Numbered from the stretch's first letter, positions 32,701-44,121 are shown. The stretch: 64,000 nucleotides of DNA from an uncultured Nitrospiraceae bacterium (GCA_963727805.1 CAVSHF010000003.1:2336001-2400000); one strand, 5' to 3'. The notes: generated by a model from the letters alone, not told the origin. Translations and numbers: made by a program.

Positions 32701-33218
32701 AGGATATGCTTGTATCTGAGGGCCACTTCGCGGGCCTTGTCGATATTGCCGCTCTGAACATAGTAAGCAACCTCACCCTTAAGGCATGCAGAAAGCCCAA
32801 TGAGACCACCGCTGAATTGCTCAAGAAGGTCTTTATCGATCCTGGGCTTATAATAGAAGCCTTCAAGGTATGCCTTGGCGACCATTGCGGTGAGGTTTCG
32901 GTACCCGTCAAGATTTCGAGCAAGCAGGATGAGATGAAAGGCAGCCTCTTCGGAGAGATTGTCGATACTCGACTTCACCCGGTCGAAACGGCTCTGCGGA
33001 GCCACATAGACCTCGCAACCGATAATTGGCTTGATTCCCTTCTTCCGCGCCTTTGAATAGAATTCTAAGGCCCCAAAGAGGTTGCCGTGATCGGTGATAG
33101 CCACAGCAGGCATTTGATAGCGCGTTGCCTGCTCTAAAAGCTCTTCGATCTTGATGGCACCGTCAAGGAGGCTGTATTCCGTGTGCAAATGGAGGGGCAC
33201 GAAGTCCGAATGCTGCAT
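29739..33218 (-). CDS. dnaE: DNA polymerase III alpha subunit
   Basis: PHP HLHTEYSLLDG, GRGSAAGS, MPDIDVDF, KFDFLGL, YGFNKSH. Confidence 0.98.
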   Translation of the reverse strand: MQHSDFVPLHLHTEYSLLDGAIKIEELLEQATRYQMPAVAITDHGNLFGALEFYSKARKKGIKPIIGCEVYVAPQSRFDRVKSSIDNLSEEAAFHLILLARNLDGYRNLTAMVAKAYLEGFYYKPRIDKDLLEQFSGGLIGLSACLKGEVAYYVQSGNIDKAREVALRYKHILGPENFYLEIQSNGMPQQEVVNLKLIALSQELHIPLVATNDCHYLRKDDARAHDILLCIQTGKTFKDEKRMRFSTDELYFKSPEEMKKAFPDVPEAIQNTIAIAERCNVEFELGKFLLPRYTPPDGQRPSAYLEKLALEGLNTKFKGAPDQGYIDRLTMELEVIKKMGFSSYFLIVWDFIKYAKSKGIPVGPGRGSAAGSLVAYCLSITELDPIKYNLLFERFLNPDRISMPDIDVDFCKDRRQEVITYVSDKYGKDNVAQIITFGTMASKAAVRDVGRVLEIPYVEVDKIAKLIPVGPEVKCLDDALKVEPRLREIYDTNPQMKEMIDIAKRLEGLSRHASTHAAGVVIAPEPLTYFTALYKNPAEDVVTTQFDMKSIESMGLLKFDFLGLKTLTIMDKTVQFIKQQGGDIALCEIPVDDEATYKFLTSGETTGIFQLESAGMRDILVRMLPNRFEDLIALVALYRPGPMGWIDDFIKNKKGEAEVTYELPQLKEILDETYGIILYQEQVMMIANKIASFSMGQADLLRRAMGKKKPEEMAKQKEDFIAGAKNNGIAEKQAKELFEKMEPFAQYGFNKSHSAAYAYVAYQTAYLKVHYPVEFMTANFSTDMGDTDRIVKLINECRGMNIAMLPPDINESEREFKIDGSSVRFGLEAVKGVGGAAIEIILAEREKGIFETFDNFLARIDNKKVNKKVVESLIKAGAFDSLFRRSPKTPGDGICHSLSSAHIRAMAIDAFALQGKTVDKGPGLFGDMEPARESSQAWDENTLLGYEKEALGFYLSGHPMTRYRKTLSKMNVTPISAISELQEQSSEQPADGKSYFEERTDITIAGIISDIKTRAKEKSITAYILLEDETGSVEALTFSDLYRKNAEMLKKGSVMLIRGQLTKADKGAKLIAREIQDISGMEIALKYEVSLKGDRNDTLDKLKSIRGLLALPANGKEHGTFELKLTMKDFRIIIVSQLEPCGNFAAEVERLTGERVRVT

Positions 33219-33400
33219 AGAAAATATTACCTTCCCGGCACGCTATTAGTCAATGGGAAACGGGGGGAATAACGGCTTTCCGGCGGCTACCCCAAAGGGA
33301 GAAAAAGGGGATACCGCTTACTTTATGGACCTGAGATGCGGACTCTACAACGGAGAGTGCCTTTGGACCGCGACGAAACATCTCTCTTCTCTTTAAATCT

Positions 33401-34771
33401 CTATTTCTTTATCCCCCACCTTTTCCTCTTTTCCCAAAGCGACTTTCTCGTGATACCGAGCTTCTCGGCGAGTTCCTGTTCGCTGTGTTCCGACTGGTGC
33501 CTGAGGATGAATTCCTTAGTGTATTCTTCGATTGAAAGGGCTTTGCCGTCATGTCCGGGTGCAGGGCTGTGGTTCTTTGCCGCTTCCTGGTTCCGTAGTT
33601 CTTCGGCCAGATGAGACGGCTGAATAATTTCCCCGTCGGCCAGCAGAACTGCCCTCTCGATTATATTCTGCAACTCCCTCACGTTGCCGGGCCATTCATA
33701 CTCCATAAGGAGTTTCATGGTACTTTCATCAATCAATGTGAGTGGTTTGCCTATATCTTTTGCATAGCGTGTAAGAAAGGACGACGCAAGGATGGGGATA
33801 TCGCCTTTTCTTTCTCTTAACGGTGGTATCTTGAGGGTGACCACGTTGAGGCGGTAATAGAGGTCCTCTCTGAATCTACCTTCTCTGACCTCTTTAGTAA
33901 TGTCCCGGTTCGTTGCTGCAACAAACCGGATATCAACCTTCCTCGTCTGGATGCCGCCGAGTGGTCTAATCTCGCGGTCGTCCATCACCCGTAGGAGTTT
34001 TGCCTGGAGCGGTTGGCTCAAGTCACCTATTTCGTCGAGAAAAAGCGTACCGCCATCGGCGGCCTCGAACAGCCCTTTTTTTTGTGAAGCCGCTCCGGTA
34101 AAGGCACCGCGCTCATATCCGAAAAATTCCGACTCGAGGAGTGTCTCGGGAATCGCACTGCAATTAATGGGTATGAAGGGGCCGTTGCGCCGAGGGCTTC
34201 CGGAATGTACCGCCCTGGCAAAAAGTTCCTTACCGGTGCCCGTTTCTCCCACAATTAATACATTACTCCTTGAGTCGGCTACCTTCTTGACTTCTGCGAC
34301 AAGGCATGTCATGACATCGCTGTCTCCCAGGATCCGCGTGAAGTCCAACCGCTTTTCAGGCTCGGACAGTACTGCAAGGGGGTCTGCAACATACGTCCTC
34401 TCCGCAAGTGCGGTCTTAACGCTTAGAAGTGCCTCGTCGTACATCAACGGCTTTAGCAGATAATCGGAAGCGCCGCCTTTGATTGCCTTGAGGGCCGTGT
34501 CCAGTGTTGCACGGGCAGTCATTAGCATGCATATCTTGGCGGGGTCTCGTCCCCTGACCGATCTCATGAATTCAATACCGTCCATACCCGGGAGCATTAT
34601 TTCGGCGATAATCAGGTCATAAGAGAGCTCTTCAAGGAGTTTAAGGGCCGCCTCAGCATTGCCGGTGCAATCGGCCTGATAGCCTTCCTTTGTGAAGACC
34701 CTTTTGAGGGCATCACAACCCTTTTCATCGGGTTCGACAATAAGTATACGCAGTGCCATCTTGACCCTCAA
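33401..34771 (-). CDS. Sigma54-dependent activator with an atypical receiver domain
   Basis: GETGTGKE, GAFTGA, LFLDE, WPGNVREL, C-terminal HTH; start may be ATG a few codons in. Confidence 0.92.
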   Translation of the reverse strand: MRVKMALRILIVEPDEKGCDALKRVFTKEGYQADCTGNAEAALKLLEELSYDLIIAEIMLPGMDGIEFMRSVRGRDPAKICMLMTARATLDTALKAIKGGASDYLLKPLMYDEALLSVKTALAERTYVADPLAVLSEPEKRLDFTRILGDSDVMTCLVAEVKKVADSRSNVLIVGETGTGKELFARAVHSGSPRRNGPFIPINCSAIPETLLESEFFGYERGAFTGAASQKKGLFEAADGGTLFLDEIGDLSQPLQAKLLRVMDDREIRPLGGIQTRKVDIRFVAATNRDITKEVREGRFREDLYYRLNVVTLKIPPLRERKGDIPILASSFLTRYAKDIGKPLTLIDESTMKLLMEYEWPGNVRELQNIIERAVLLADGEIIQPSHLAEELRNQEAAKNHSPAPGHDGKALSIEEYTKEFILRHQSEHSEQELAEKLGITRKSLWEKRKRWGIKK

Positions 34772-34854
34772 AGTTCGAAGACGATCCTGACTCTACTCCA
34801 ACGGGCGTTTAAAAGAAACACAAGTTTTCTTACGGACATCCCGGCTCCTGATAA

Positions 34855-37263
34855 TTATTCTTCGACGACCCTGCCCATGCTGACAATCCTATCTTCAGGA
34901 TCCAGATCCATGAGCTTAACTCCCTGGGTATTTCTTCCTAAAACTGAGATGTTCCGGGTAGGCATTCTGATCACTTTGCCGCCGTTTGTAATAAGGACAA
35001 TCTCGTCTTCGTCTGTCACGCGAATAAGGCCTACAGCGTTCCCACCCTTTTCGACAACCCTGATTGAGATGACGCCCCTACCTCCTCTGCCGTGAACAGG
35101 ATACTCTTCAATATTTGTCCTCTTTCCGAGTCCCTTTTCCGTTACCGTCAGAAGGGACGTCCGCTCCTCAATAACATTGGCTGAAACGACGCCGTCCCCT
35201 TTGGTAAGCCTGATTCCTATGACGCCGCGCGCAGTGCGGCCCACTGACCTGACATCTTCTTCATTGAAACGGATGGCAAGACCTTTACTGGTGCCAATAA
35301 CAAGATCGCTCTTGCCGGAGGTTCTGTTCACGGAGATCAACTCGTCTCCCTCATCGAGAGTGACGGCGATGATGCCTTTTGAGCGCGGGTTGTTGTACTC
35401 GTCGAGTCTCGTCTTCTTCACTATCCCGGCCTTTGTAAACATGACGAGGTAGCCGTCCTTGAAGTCCTTGACACTGATGGCCGTCGATATCCTTTCACCG
35501 TCTGCCAAGGGAAGAAGATTTACAAAGGCCTTTCCTTTAGCCGTTCTGCTGGCCTCAGGTATCTGATACGTCTTCAGCCAATACAGCCTTCCGAGATTGC
35601 TGAAAAAAAGCATATAATCATGGGTCGACCCTATAAAAAGCTGCTCGACGTAATCCTCTTCGCGCGTCTCCATTCCGGTGAGCCCCTTGCCGCCACGGCG
35701 CTGACTCCGATAGGTCGAAAGAGCTAATCGCTTGATATAGCCGTAATGCGTAATTGTTATGACCATCTCCTCTTCGGTGATGAGGTCTTCGATGGTAAGA
35801 TCGGCGGTTTCGGGGACGATCTCGGTCCTTCTCTCGTCCGCGTATTTCGTCTTGATCTCGATCAGCTCGTCCTTGATGATCTGCGAAACAAGTGCCTCGC
35901 TCTCCAAGATGGCCTTAAGACGCTTGATCTCATTGAGTATCTCTTCATAGTCTCTGACTATCTTTTCCCTTTCAAGTCCGGTCAGTCTCTGGAGCCTCAT
36001 ATCGAGTATAGCCTGTGCCTGGATAACCGAAAGAGGGTATTTCTCAATGAGGCCGGCTTTCGCTTCATCAGGGGTCTTCGCCTTCCTGATCAGTGCTATG
36101 ATCTCGTCGAGATGGTCAAGGGCGATCTTGAGGCCTTCCAATATATGCGCCCTCTCTTCGGCCTTTCTCAACTCAAAGCGCGTCCTTCTGATGACAACAT
36201 CCCTGCGATGGCGGAGGAAATATGTAAGCATCTCGTTGAGTTTCAGCACACGGGGCTGGCCCCCCACAATGGAGAGCATGATAATACCGAAAGTGGTCTC
36301 CATCTGAGTGTGCTTATAGAGATTGTTCAGGACTACCTGAGGCACTTCGCCTCGCTTCAGTTCGAGGACTACCCTGACGTTTTCGTCGCGGTCAGATTCA
36401 TCACGTATGTCAGATATGCCTTCTAGCCTCTTTTCCCGGACGAGTTCGGCTATCTTTTCGATCAGCCTCGCCTTGTTCAGCTGATATGGTATTTCAGAGA
36501 TGATGATGCTGTCGCCGCTCTTGGCTTCCCTTTCGATCCGGGCCTTTGCCCTCACCTTTATAATTCCCCTCCCGGTGGTATAAGCGTCAATGATGCCCTG
36601 GGTCCCGTGAATGACAGCGCCCGTCGGGAAATCCGGCCCCTTGACTACAGCAAGCAGTTCGTTGATCGTCGTTTCGGGGTTATTGAGGAGCATGACAAGG
36701 CCGTCAATGACTTCTCCGAGATTATGCGGAGGTATATTCGTCGCCATTCCGACAGCTATACCTGAGGCCCCGTTGATGAGCAAGTTAGGTATCCTGGAAG
36801 GAAGGACAGCCGGTTCTTCAGTGGTCTCGTCGAAATTGGGGATGAAATCTACAGTCTCCTTTTCGATATCGGCAAGCAGTTCCTCGGCTATTTTTGCCAG
36901 TCTTGCCTCGGTATACCTATACGCAGCAGCTGGGTCGCCGTCTAAGGAGCCAAAATTCCCCTGTCCGTCAACAAGGGGATATCTCATGTTGAAGTCCTGC
37001 GCAAGCCTGACCATTGCATCATAGACGGCTGAGTCGCCGTGGGGATGATATTTCTTCAGAACCTCTCCAACAACTCCAGCGCTTTTCGAATATTTCTTAT
37101 TCGGGAGGAGACCCTCTTTATACATCGCATAGAGGATCCTCCTTTGGACTGGTTTAAGGCCATCCCGCACTTCGGGTAGAGCTCTCCCGATGATTACGCT
37201 CATCGCGTAATCGAGATAGCTGACTTTCATTTCTTCTTCTATACTTATTGAGACTCTCGACAT
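34855..37263 (-). CDS. gyrA: DNA gyrase subunit A
   Basis: [17 protein letters not shown], GyrA-box QRRGGKG. Confidence 0.98.
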   Translation of the reverse strand: MSRVSISIEEEMKVSYLDYAMSVIIGRALPEVRDGLKPVQRRILYAMYKEGLLPNKKYSKSAGVVGEVLKKYHPHGDSAVYDAMVRLAQDFNMRYPLVDGQGNFGSLDGDPAAAYRYTEARLAKIAEELLADIEKETVDFIPNFDETTEEPAVLPSRIPNLLINGASGIAVGMATNIPPHNLGEVIDGLVMLLNNPETTINELLAVVKGPDFPTGAVIHGTQGIIDAYTTGRGIIKVRAKARIEREAKSGDSIIISEIPYQLNKARLIEKIAELVREKRLEGISDIRDESDRDENVRVVLELKRGEVPQVVLNNLYKHTQMETTFGIIMLSIVGGQPRVLKLNEMLTYFLRHRRDVVIRRTRFELRKAEERAHILEGLKIALDHLDEIIALIRKAKTPDEAKAGLIEKYPLSVIQAQAILDMRLQRLTGLEREKIVRDYEEILNEIKRLKAILESEALVSQIIKDELIEIKTKYADERRTEIVPETADLTIEDLITEEEMVITITHYGYIKRLALSTYRSQRRGGKGLTGMETREEDYVEQLFIGSTHDYMLFFSNLGRLYWLKTYQIPEASRTAKGKAFVNLLPLADGERISTAISVKDFKDGYLVMFTKAGIVKKTRLDEYNNPRSKGIIAVTLDEGDELISVNRTSGKSDLVIGTSKGLAIRFNEEDVRSVGRTARGVIGIRLTKGDGVVSANVIEERTSLLTVTEKGLGKRTNIEEYPVHGRGGRGVISIRVVEKGGNAVGLIRVTDEDEIVLITNGGKVIRMPTRNISVLGRNTQGVKLMDLDPEDRIVSMGRVVEE

Positions 37264-37305
37264 TTTATTAAAGACCCCTTCTCTTGAGTTAAAAAATTAC
37301 CTTAT

Positions 37306-37314
37306 ATTTTACCA
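37306..37314 (-). promoter_or_regulatory. Candidate extended -10 promoter for gyrA
   Basis: TG-G-TAAAAT about 43 nt upstream of the gyrA ATG. Confidence 0.5.
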
Positions 37315-37639
37315 CATTACCTGCATATTATTATGATTATATTGACTTTCATTGCTAAACTGGTAAGGACCGATCAACAAAAAATATGCCACATATGCTT
37401 TAGAAACGAGCGTATATTAAGTCAGTAAAGCATAGCGTCAGAGATGTAACTGAAATATTCTCTCTATTGGTCGTGTGGATATCGCAATTGCCCACCGCAC
37501 TGGCGATCAGGAGAAGTGCATATAGTCTGCCATAGTTAGGCGGCAAACCTATAGCGCAGAAGGAAAGGATTGGTACACTCTTCCAGATTCCGCGAGAGCG
37601 TAAGGAAAACAGCACTGCATCACGCCCGACTTGCATGTC

Positions 37640-37854
37640 ACTGCCGCTTATGCGTCCGGAATTGAAGTTTATGCGTCAACCGATAACATATATATGGGAT
37701 GGCGGATAAGCTGCAATTTCCCCTATATGTAAATCAACGACTTGCAATTTATTTTGGCGCATAAGGGGCTAAAAAGGTGGTAGCTTGGCGCATAAGATGC
37801 AATTTTCTGAAATACACGCATATCCGGACAATCTGTGTGCATGCGAACTATAGC
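37640..37854. repeat. Non-coding element E1: five TTGGCGCATAAG-type boxes plus an IHF-consensus site
   Basis: Boxes at 37647 and 37668 (one orientation), 37700, 37754 and 37785 (opposite); AATCAACGACTTG at 37732-37744; ends in CGAACTA 37844-37850. Confidence 0.85.
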
Positions 37855-37919
37855 TTGTCGCTTCTCGATGTCTTTTAGGACAAAAAGAGCCTAACTATGG
37901 ATGACAATGATAACAAATC

Positions 37920-38591
37920 TTACTCAGGTGATCCCGGCTCTTCGGCTTCTGGAACAGCTACGCCCATTAATGGCGCAAAAATAGTATTGGGCATAGAAGA
38001 TGTATTCCTATCAAGGGCTTGCTTTGGCGCAGTGCCGGCAATGGCGGCTGCGGCATCCGAATCGGAATCAGCAGTATCAGGCGTGCTATTGTCAGGCGTG
38101 CTATCCTGTGGTGTTGTAAAACCATAAGGGATATTCTTTTCATATGTCGTGGTAGTAAGTATCTGCTGAGTCTGGCTAAACGCACCCCATGTAAACACCT
38201 CTTCCCCTTTGTGCAGACGTACTGACCAGTTATAACGCGTGTCAGGCATCAGACGCTTTTTAACCTTATGATAATTAACAGTCAGGTTCTGTACACAGTA
38301 GGCAGGTTTTCCCCAACTCGTAGTGCGATATTGTGATATTGACAATCTGGGGCCAACAGGTTCGGGGGTCCAGATGCACATATCGTAGGTTTGGTCTTCC
38401 TCTCTTATATCTTTCCATTGCAATACAGGCTGCAATGAATCAACAACAGGATACTTATCACTATATCCAAGCTCAGGATATAGTGGTCTGGGGCTGTAGC
38501 TGTGATAAATCCTGTGTTCTACGCTGCATCCTGCAGTCATGCTACTTATTATCAGAGCAGCCAAGAAGACTGCCTTATAACCATGTTTCAT
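37920..38591 (-). CDS. Hypothetical lipoprotein with a beta-rich (Fn3-like) domain and low-complexity tail
   Basis: Lipobox MTAG-C; QPVLQW...YNWSVR...GFTTP; tail repeats DSTPDNSTPD. Confidence 0.7.
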   Translation of the reverse strand: MKHGYKAVFLAALIISSMTAGCSVEHRIYHSYSPRPLYPELGYSDKYPVVDSLQPVLQWKDIREEDQTYDMCIWTPEPVGPRLSISQYRTTSWGKPAYCVQNLTVNYHKVKKRLMPDTRYNWSVRLHKGEEVFTWGAFSQTQQILTTTTYEKNIPYGFTTPQDSTPDNSTPDTADSDSDAAAAIAGTAPKQALDRNTSSMPNTIFAPLMGVAVPEAEEPGSPE

Positions 38592-38600
38592 GGTGCCCCC

Positions 38601-38857
38601 CCTAACTAGGATCGGCCAAAAAGCATTGCACTTTATGCGTCAATTTATTGCAACTTATGCTTCACCCGATAAATATCGGTTGAAGCATAAGATGCTTTTT
38701 CCACTCTATAAAAAACAACGACTTACATTCGCAGTTGGCGCATAACGCTGCAATGAATTGGCGCATATGGTGCTAAAAAGCGGGTGAATTGGCGCATAAG
38801 CTGCTTTTTTCTGGAATTAAACTATTAATAAAATTACGGGTTATGCCATCCGAACTA
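38601..38857. repeat. Non-coding element E2, homologous to E1: six boxes plus an IHF-like site
   Basis: Boxes at 38632 and 38654 (one orientation), 38680, 38735, 38758 and 38789 (opposite); AAACAACGACTTA at 38713-38725; ends in CGAACTA 38851-38857. Confidence 0.85.
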
Positions 38858-38907
38858 CTTCAGAATTGCGAGTCCTTAGCAGTTAATCCTGAGCTGCATG
38901 TCCATCA

Positions 38908-39315
38908 TTAACCTATGGCGCTTACAGAAACGAACAGTCGCTCAGGGTGAGATAGGTTATTGAACATTGCTTTCGGAGCATACAGGTAGTATTGGTGACC
39001 TTCAAGTATAGCCACATATCTAATTGAATTTTTTTTCACTTCATTCAAATCATATTCCCAAAAATCGGATCCAGTCCGAGATGGGATAGTGGTTTTCAGA
39101 GAATCTAATTCTGCTTTTGGTAGATCGGTCTCCGTTATCGTTAGCATAATTTTCTGAGGCCAATTGTTATTTACCTTCATATCTGATAAACGTTGCTTGG
39201 GGGCGTAGAAACTAAACTGCCTGCCCGTATACTCCCACAAATACTGGATAGTTTTTTCATGATCTTCGACATAATCAAGTTCAAACTGAATTGGGCCTTT
39301 CCATTCTTTAGTCAT
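38908..39315 (-). CDS. Hypothetical protein with an internal tandem duplication
   Basis: RBS GAGGAG; two related halves, each containing YAPK. Confidence 0.75.
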   Translation of the reverse strand: MTKEWKGPIQFELDYVEDHEKTIQYLWEYTGRQFSFYAPKQRLSDMKVNNNWPQKIMLTITETDLPKAELDSLKTTIPSRTGSDFWEYDLNEVKKNSIRYVAILEGHQYYLYAPKAMFNNLSHPERLFVSVSAIG

Positions 39316-39407
39316 GGATACACTCCTCTGTTATTAGACAATCATCAACTTTACCAACCTAGATGAACTCGCATCCCACTGGTAGAGGGCGGTGTTAGAC
39401 ATATTGT

Positions 39408-40232
39408 TTATATTCTAAACCACGGTTTATGGTCCCACGGTATTAATCTGCCCCGTTCATTAGCCCGAAAACTCGATAGGAGCCGTCGCTTAAATTTTCC
39501 CCACGGCCCTTTATGTTTCCCTTTGAGTTTTTCCAGTAATTTTAATCTTATTCTTACGTCCAATGAATCAATAATGTCTTGGGTTGCGTAGTGTGCACAT
39601 CGCGTTGGATAAAATTCCGCTGCATAGGTATCGTCATAAGCAAGTTGCGATAGTTGGGTAGCAATAGGTTGCACATTCAGCGCAGCCACGAATAGGCTTC
39701 TTTTCTCAGAGTTGCGATCTTGAACTGACCGGAATCGTTGAGATTTTCTATAATCACGCTGCAGCGCCGCCTGCCTTTCGCTTTCCTCTTTTTCAGAAAG
39801 TCCTATTCGAATCGCTTCATTGTGTCGTACCTTCTTGCTTCTATACTCCAAAAGTGAACTCGAACCGTAATTTTGTGTACCAAAAGGCACATAAGGATTA
39901 TTAGTGTGTGCTAATAGCCAGTCTGCCAGAATGTCAGCGATTAACGTATCCCTTTCTTGAACTGCCCGAAAGATCCAAATTACCGCCGAAACCGAGCCAC
40001 TTGCCCAGCCATCACAATTTACTTCCATGAAGGTAAGACCCTTCGCTAATACAACAATATCTTCGACTTGAAGTTTGTCAGTAACTTTGTTCCAGTCGTT
40101 CCAATGCAATCTATTGAGTCGTCCGTGCGGTCTCATAATTCCCACAATATTCTCTATATTGTCTTTGGATGCCGCATCGTTGACAGCTCGGCCAATCGTC
40201 ATAAGATTTTCAATGAATTGTTTTTTAATCAT
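39408..40232 (-). CDS. Hypothetical protein (274 aa)
   Basis: Long ORF with an ATGA overlap with the upstream nuclease-like gene. Confidence 0.75.
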   Translation of the reverse strand: MIKKQFIENLMTIGRAVNDAASKDNIENIVGIMRPHGRLNRLHWNDWNKVTDKLQVEDIVVLAKGLTFMEVNCDGWASGSVSAVIWIFRAVQERDTLIADILADWLLAHTNNPYVPFGTQNYGSSSLLEYRSKKVRHNEAIRIGLSEKEESERQAALQRDYRKSQRFRSVQDRNSEKRSLFVAALNVQPIATQLSQLAYDDTYAAEFYPTRCAHYATQDIIDSLDVRIRLKLLEKLKGKHKGPWGKFKRRLLSSFRANERGRLIPWDHKPWFRI

Positions 40233-40762
40233 TTTTTATCTGATTTATTTGCTATTGCCCTGATTTTATCAGTAATGTTTTCGACATATGGTGAGTCAAG
40301 TAGTTTGGGCTTTGCAACAAATACCCATTTAGGAGGAGAATCCTTAGGTTCTGTATAGTTGGCGATCTTCTGAAAATCGGAATGGGAAATTTTCATAGCA
40401 TATTTAACACCCATATCTTCATCGAAGACTATGTAAATCAAGTAGTCGAATGTCTTAGCAGCAATGATTGAGTGCTTTATATACGTCATTGGTACCCTGG
40501 ACCCTTCGAAAATGCGGCCTTTAACTTCAATTCGATCTCCAGAGGCCAGTGTCAAGTCGCGGCCTTCTTTGGCATTGGCCATCCGCGACCCATTAAAGGC
40601 TGTAGCGGCTAAATACTCTGCATACTCTCCAACGGGACTCCCTTTAGATTTTGAAACACCAAGCTTGCTCAGCGCTTCTTTAAGGTAGCGATCCAGAACC
40701 ATGATTTCATTTGGCTCCTTAATTCCGTCTATCATTCTTTTTATTTCTTCTATTTTGCTCAT
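40229..40762 (-). CDS. PD-(D/E)XK restriction-like nuclease domain protein
   Basis: GEYAEYLA...GRDL...RIEVKGR pattern. Confidence 0.7.
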   Translation of the reverse strand: MSKIEEIKRMIDGIKEPNEIMVLDRYLKEALSKLGVSKSKGSPVGEYAEYLAATAFNGSRMANAKEGRDLTLASGDRIEVKGRIFEGSRVPMTYIKHSIIAAKTFDYLIYIVFDEDMGVKYAMKISHSDFQKIANYTEPKDSPPKWVFVAKPKLLDSPYVENITDKIRAIANKSDKK

Positions 40763-40924
40763 AGTTTCACGACAAAGAATGCTGATAAATCTGTTATTTA
40801 TTTGAGATCATAAACATCCGTTTCATTAATACGTTCATTCCTTCTATCCCATTTTCTTGCAACTATAGCACATTTTTAAAATTACTTGATCAACAAATTC
40901 AGATGTTTTCCACCATAATATGTC

Positions 40925-41686
40925 CTATTTATCTGATTTTATATATTTACATCGAGGGTAATCAGCACAGCCTAAAAAAGATGATCCTACATGGACACCT
41001 CTTTTTGCTGTTCTTTGGACTAATTGTCCTCCACACTTAGGGCAAGTCGTCTTCGACTCATACCTGTCTTTTATTGATTCCATATGTGCCTCATAAGTAA
41101 GTGACTTATCATTTTTGACCGATAACAGCTTTGCAGTATACTCTTCAACTTGCTTCTCCGTAAGAATTTCCTGTTTGAATTCTCTTATATATGGAACGAT
41201 CCCACTGTTTAGCACATTAGGGGGCATTGGGCTTTTAAATGTGCAGTCCCCAATGAAGAATATAACTGGATACAGCAAACTGACGTCAATATTGAGGAAC
41301 TCCACTAGGCATTTAATATGTCGGTAATTCTGTTTGAGTGGGTTTTGAAATCGGCTTTTATGCCCATAAATGCTTTGTGTCCACTGTGAATCTTGGGCAT
41401 CCCCAAATATCCAGCCATTAATGTTCTTAGTCTCAACAACAAAAATCCCGTATTTTGAAACCACTATGTGGTCTATTTGTGTTGTCCCATCGGAAGCATT
41501 AATAATAACGTCATCTATACGATGGTATATATTGCTGTCCAGTGCCAGCCACATGCCAGCTGAAACGACTTTTTCACCGGCCCAGCCTTTTCCTTTTTTT
41601 GATTTTAAAAAATAGATTAGTATGAAAGCCGCGAATAGGAAAAGAAAAAAGGGCCACTGGGTTAAAATACCTTTTATTATTGCCAA
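40925..41686 (-). CDS. Membrane-anchored NERD-domain protein with a C-terminal topoisomerase-type Zn ribbon
   Basis: N-terminal TM, KGWAGE, TTQIDHIVVSKYGIFVVETK, NPLKQNYRH, CPKCGG...FLGCADYPRC. Confidence 0.9.
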   Translation of the reverse strand: MAIIKGILTQWPFFLFLFAAFILIYFLKSKKGKGWAGEKVVSAGMWLALDSNIYHRIDDVIINASDGTTQIDHIVVSKYGIFVVETKNINGWIFGDAQDSQWTQSIYGHKSRFQNPLKQNYRHIKCLVEFLNIDVSLLYPVIFFIGDCTFKSPMPPNVLNSGIVPYIREFKQEILTEKQVEEYTAKLLSVKNDKSLTYEAHMESIKDRYESKTTCPKCGGQLVQRTAKRGVHVGSSFLGCADYPRCKYIKSDK

Positions 41687-41703
41687 ACCTATAATATAAC
41701 TAA

Positions 41704-44121
<2,418 letters not shown>

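Larger units (their letters stand above)
37330..41703 (-). mobile_element. Accessory insert between gyrB and gyrA with no integrase or transposase; left boundary approximate
   Basis: Visibly AT-richer than the flanks, five co-oriented non-core ORFs, repeated non-coding elements. Confidence 0.7.

Noticed and set aside
37400..37636. 78-aa minus-strand ORF upstream of gyrA
   Set aside because: No clear RBS or motif, and it overlaps the repeat/junction region.
38075..38104. 15-bp-period tandem repeat containing TCAGGCGTGCTAT
   Set aside because: Explained by the low-complexity STPD linker of the lipoprotein.
37640..38857. E1/E2 as a CRISPR array
   Set aside because: Boxes are about 12-16 bp, occur in both orientations and have uneven short spacers; no cas genes are present.
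37530..38860. E1/E2 as canonical attC sites of an integron
   Set aside because: No properly paired RYYYAAC...GTTRRRY hairpin follows the genes, and no intI is in the window.
40764..40771. parS site (GTTTCACG)
   Set aside because: Half-site only. I saw no full parS palindrome, though a by-eye scan of 64 kb is not exhaustive.
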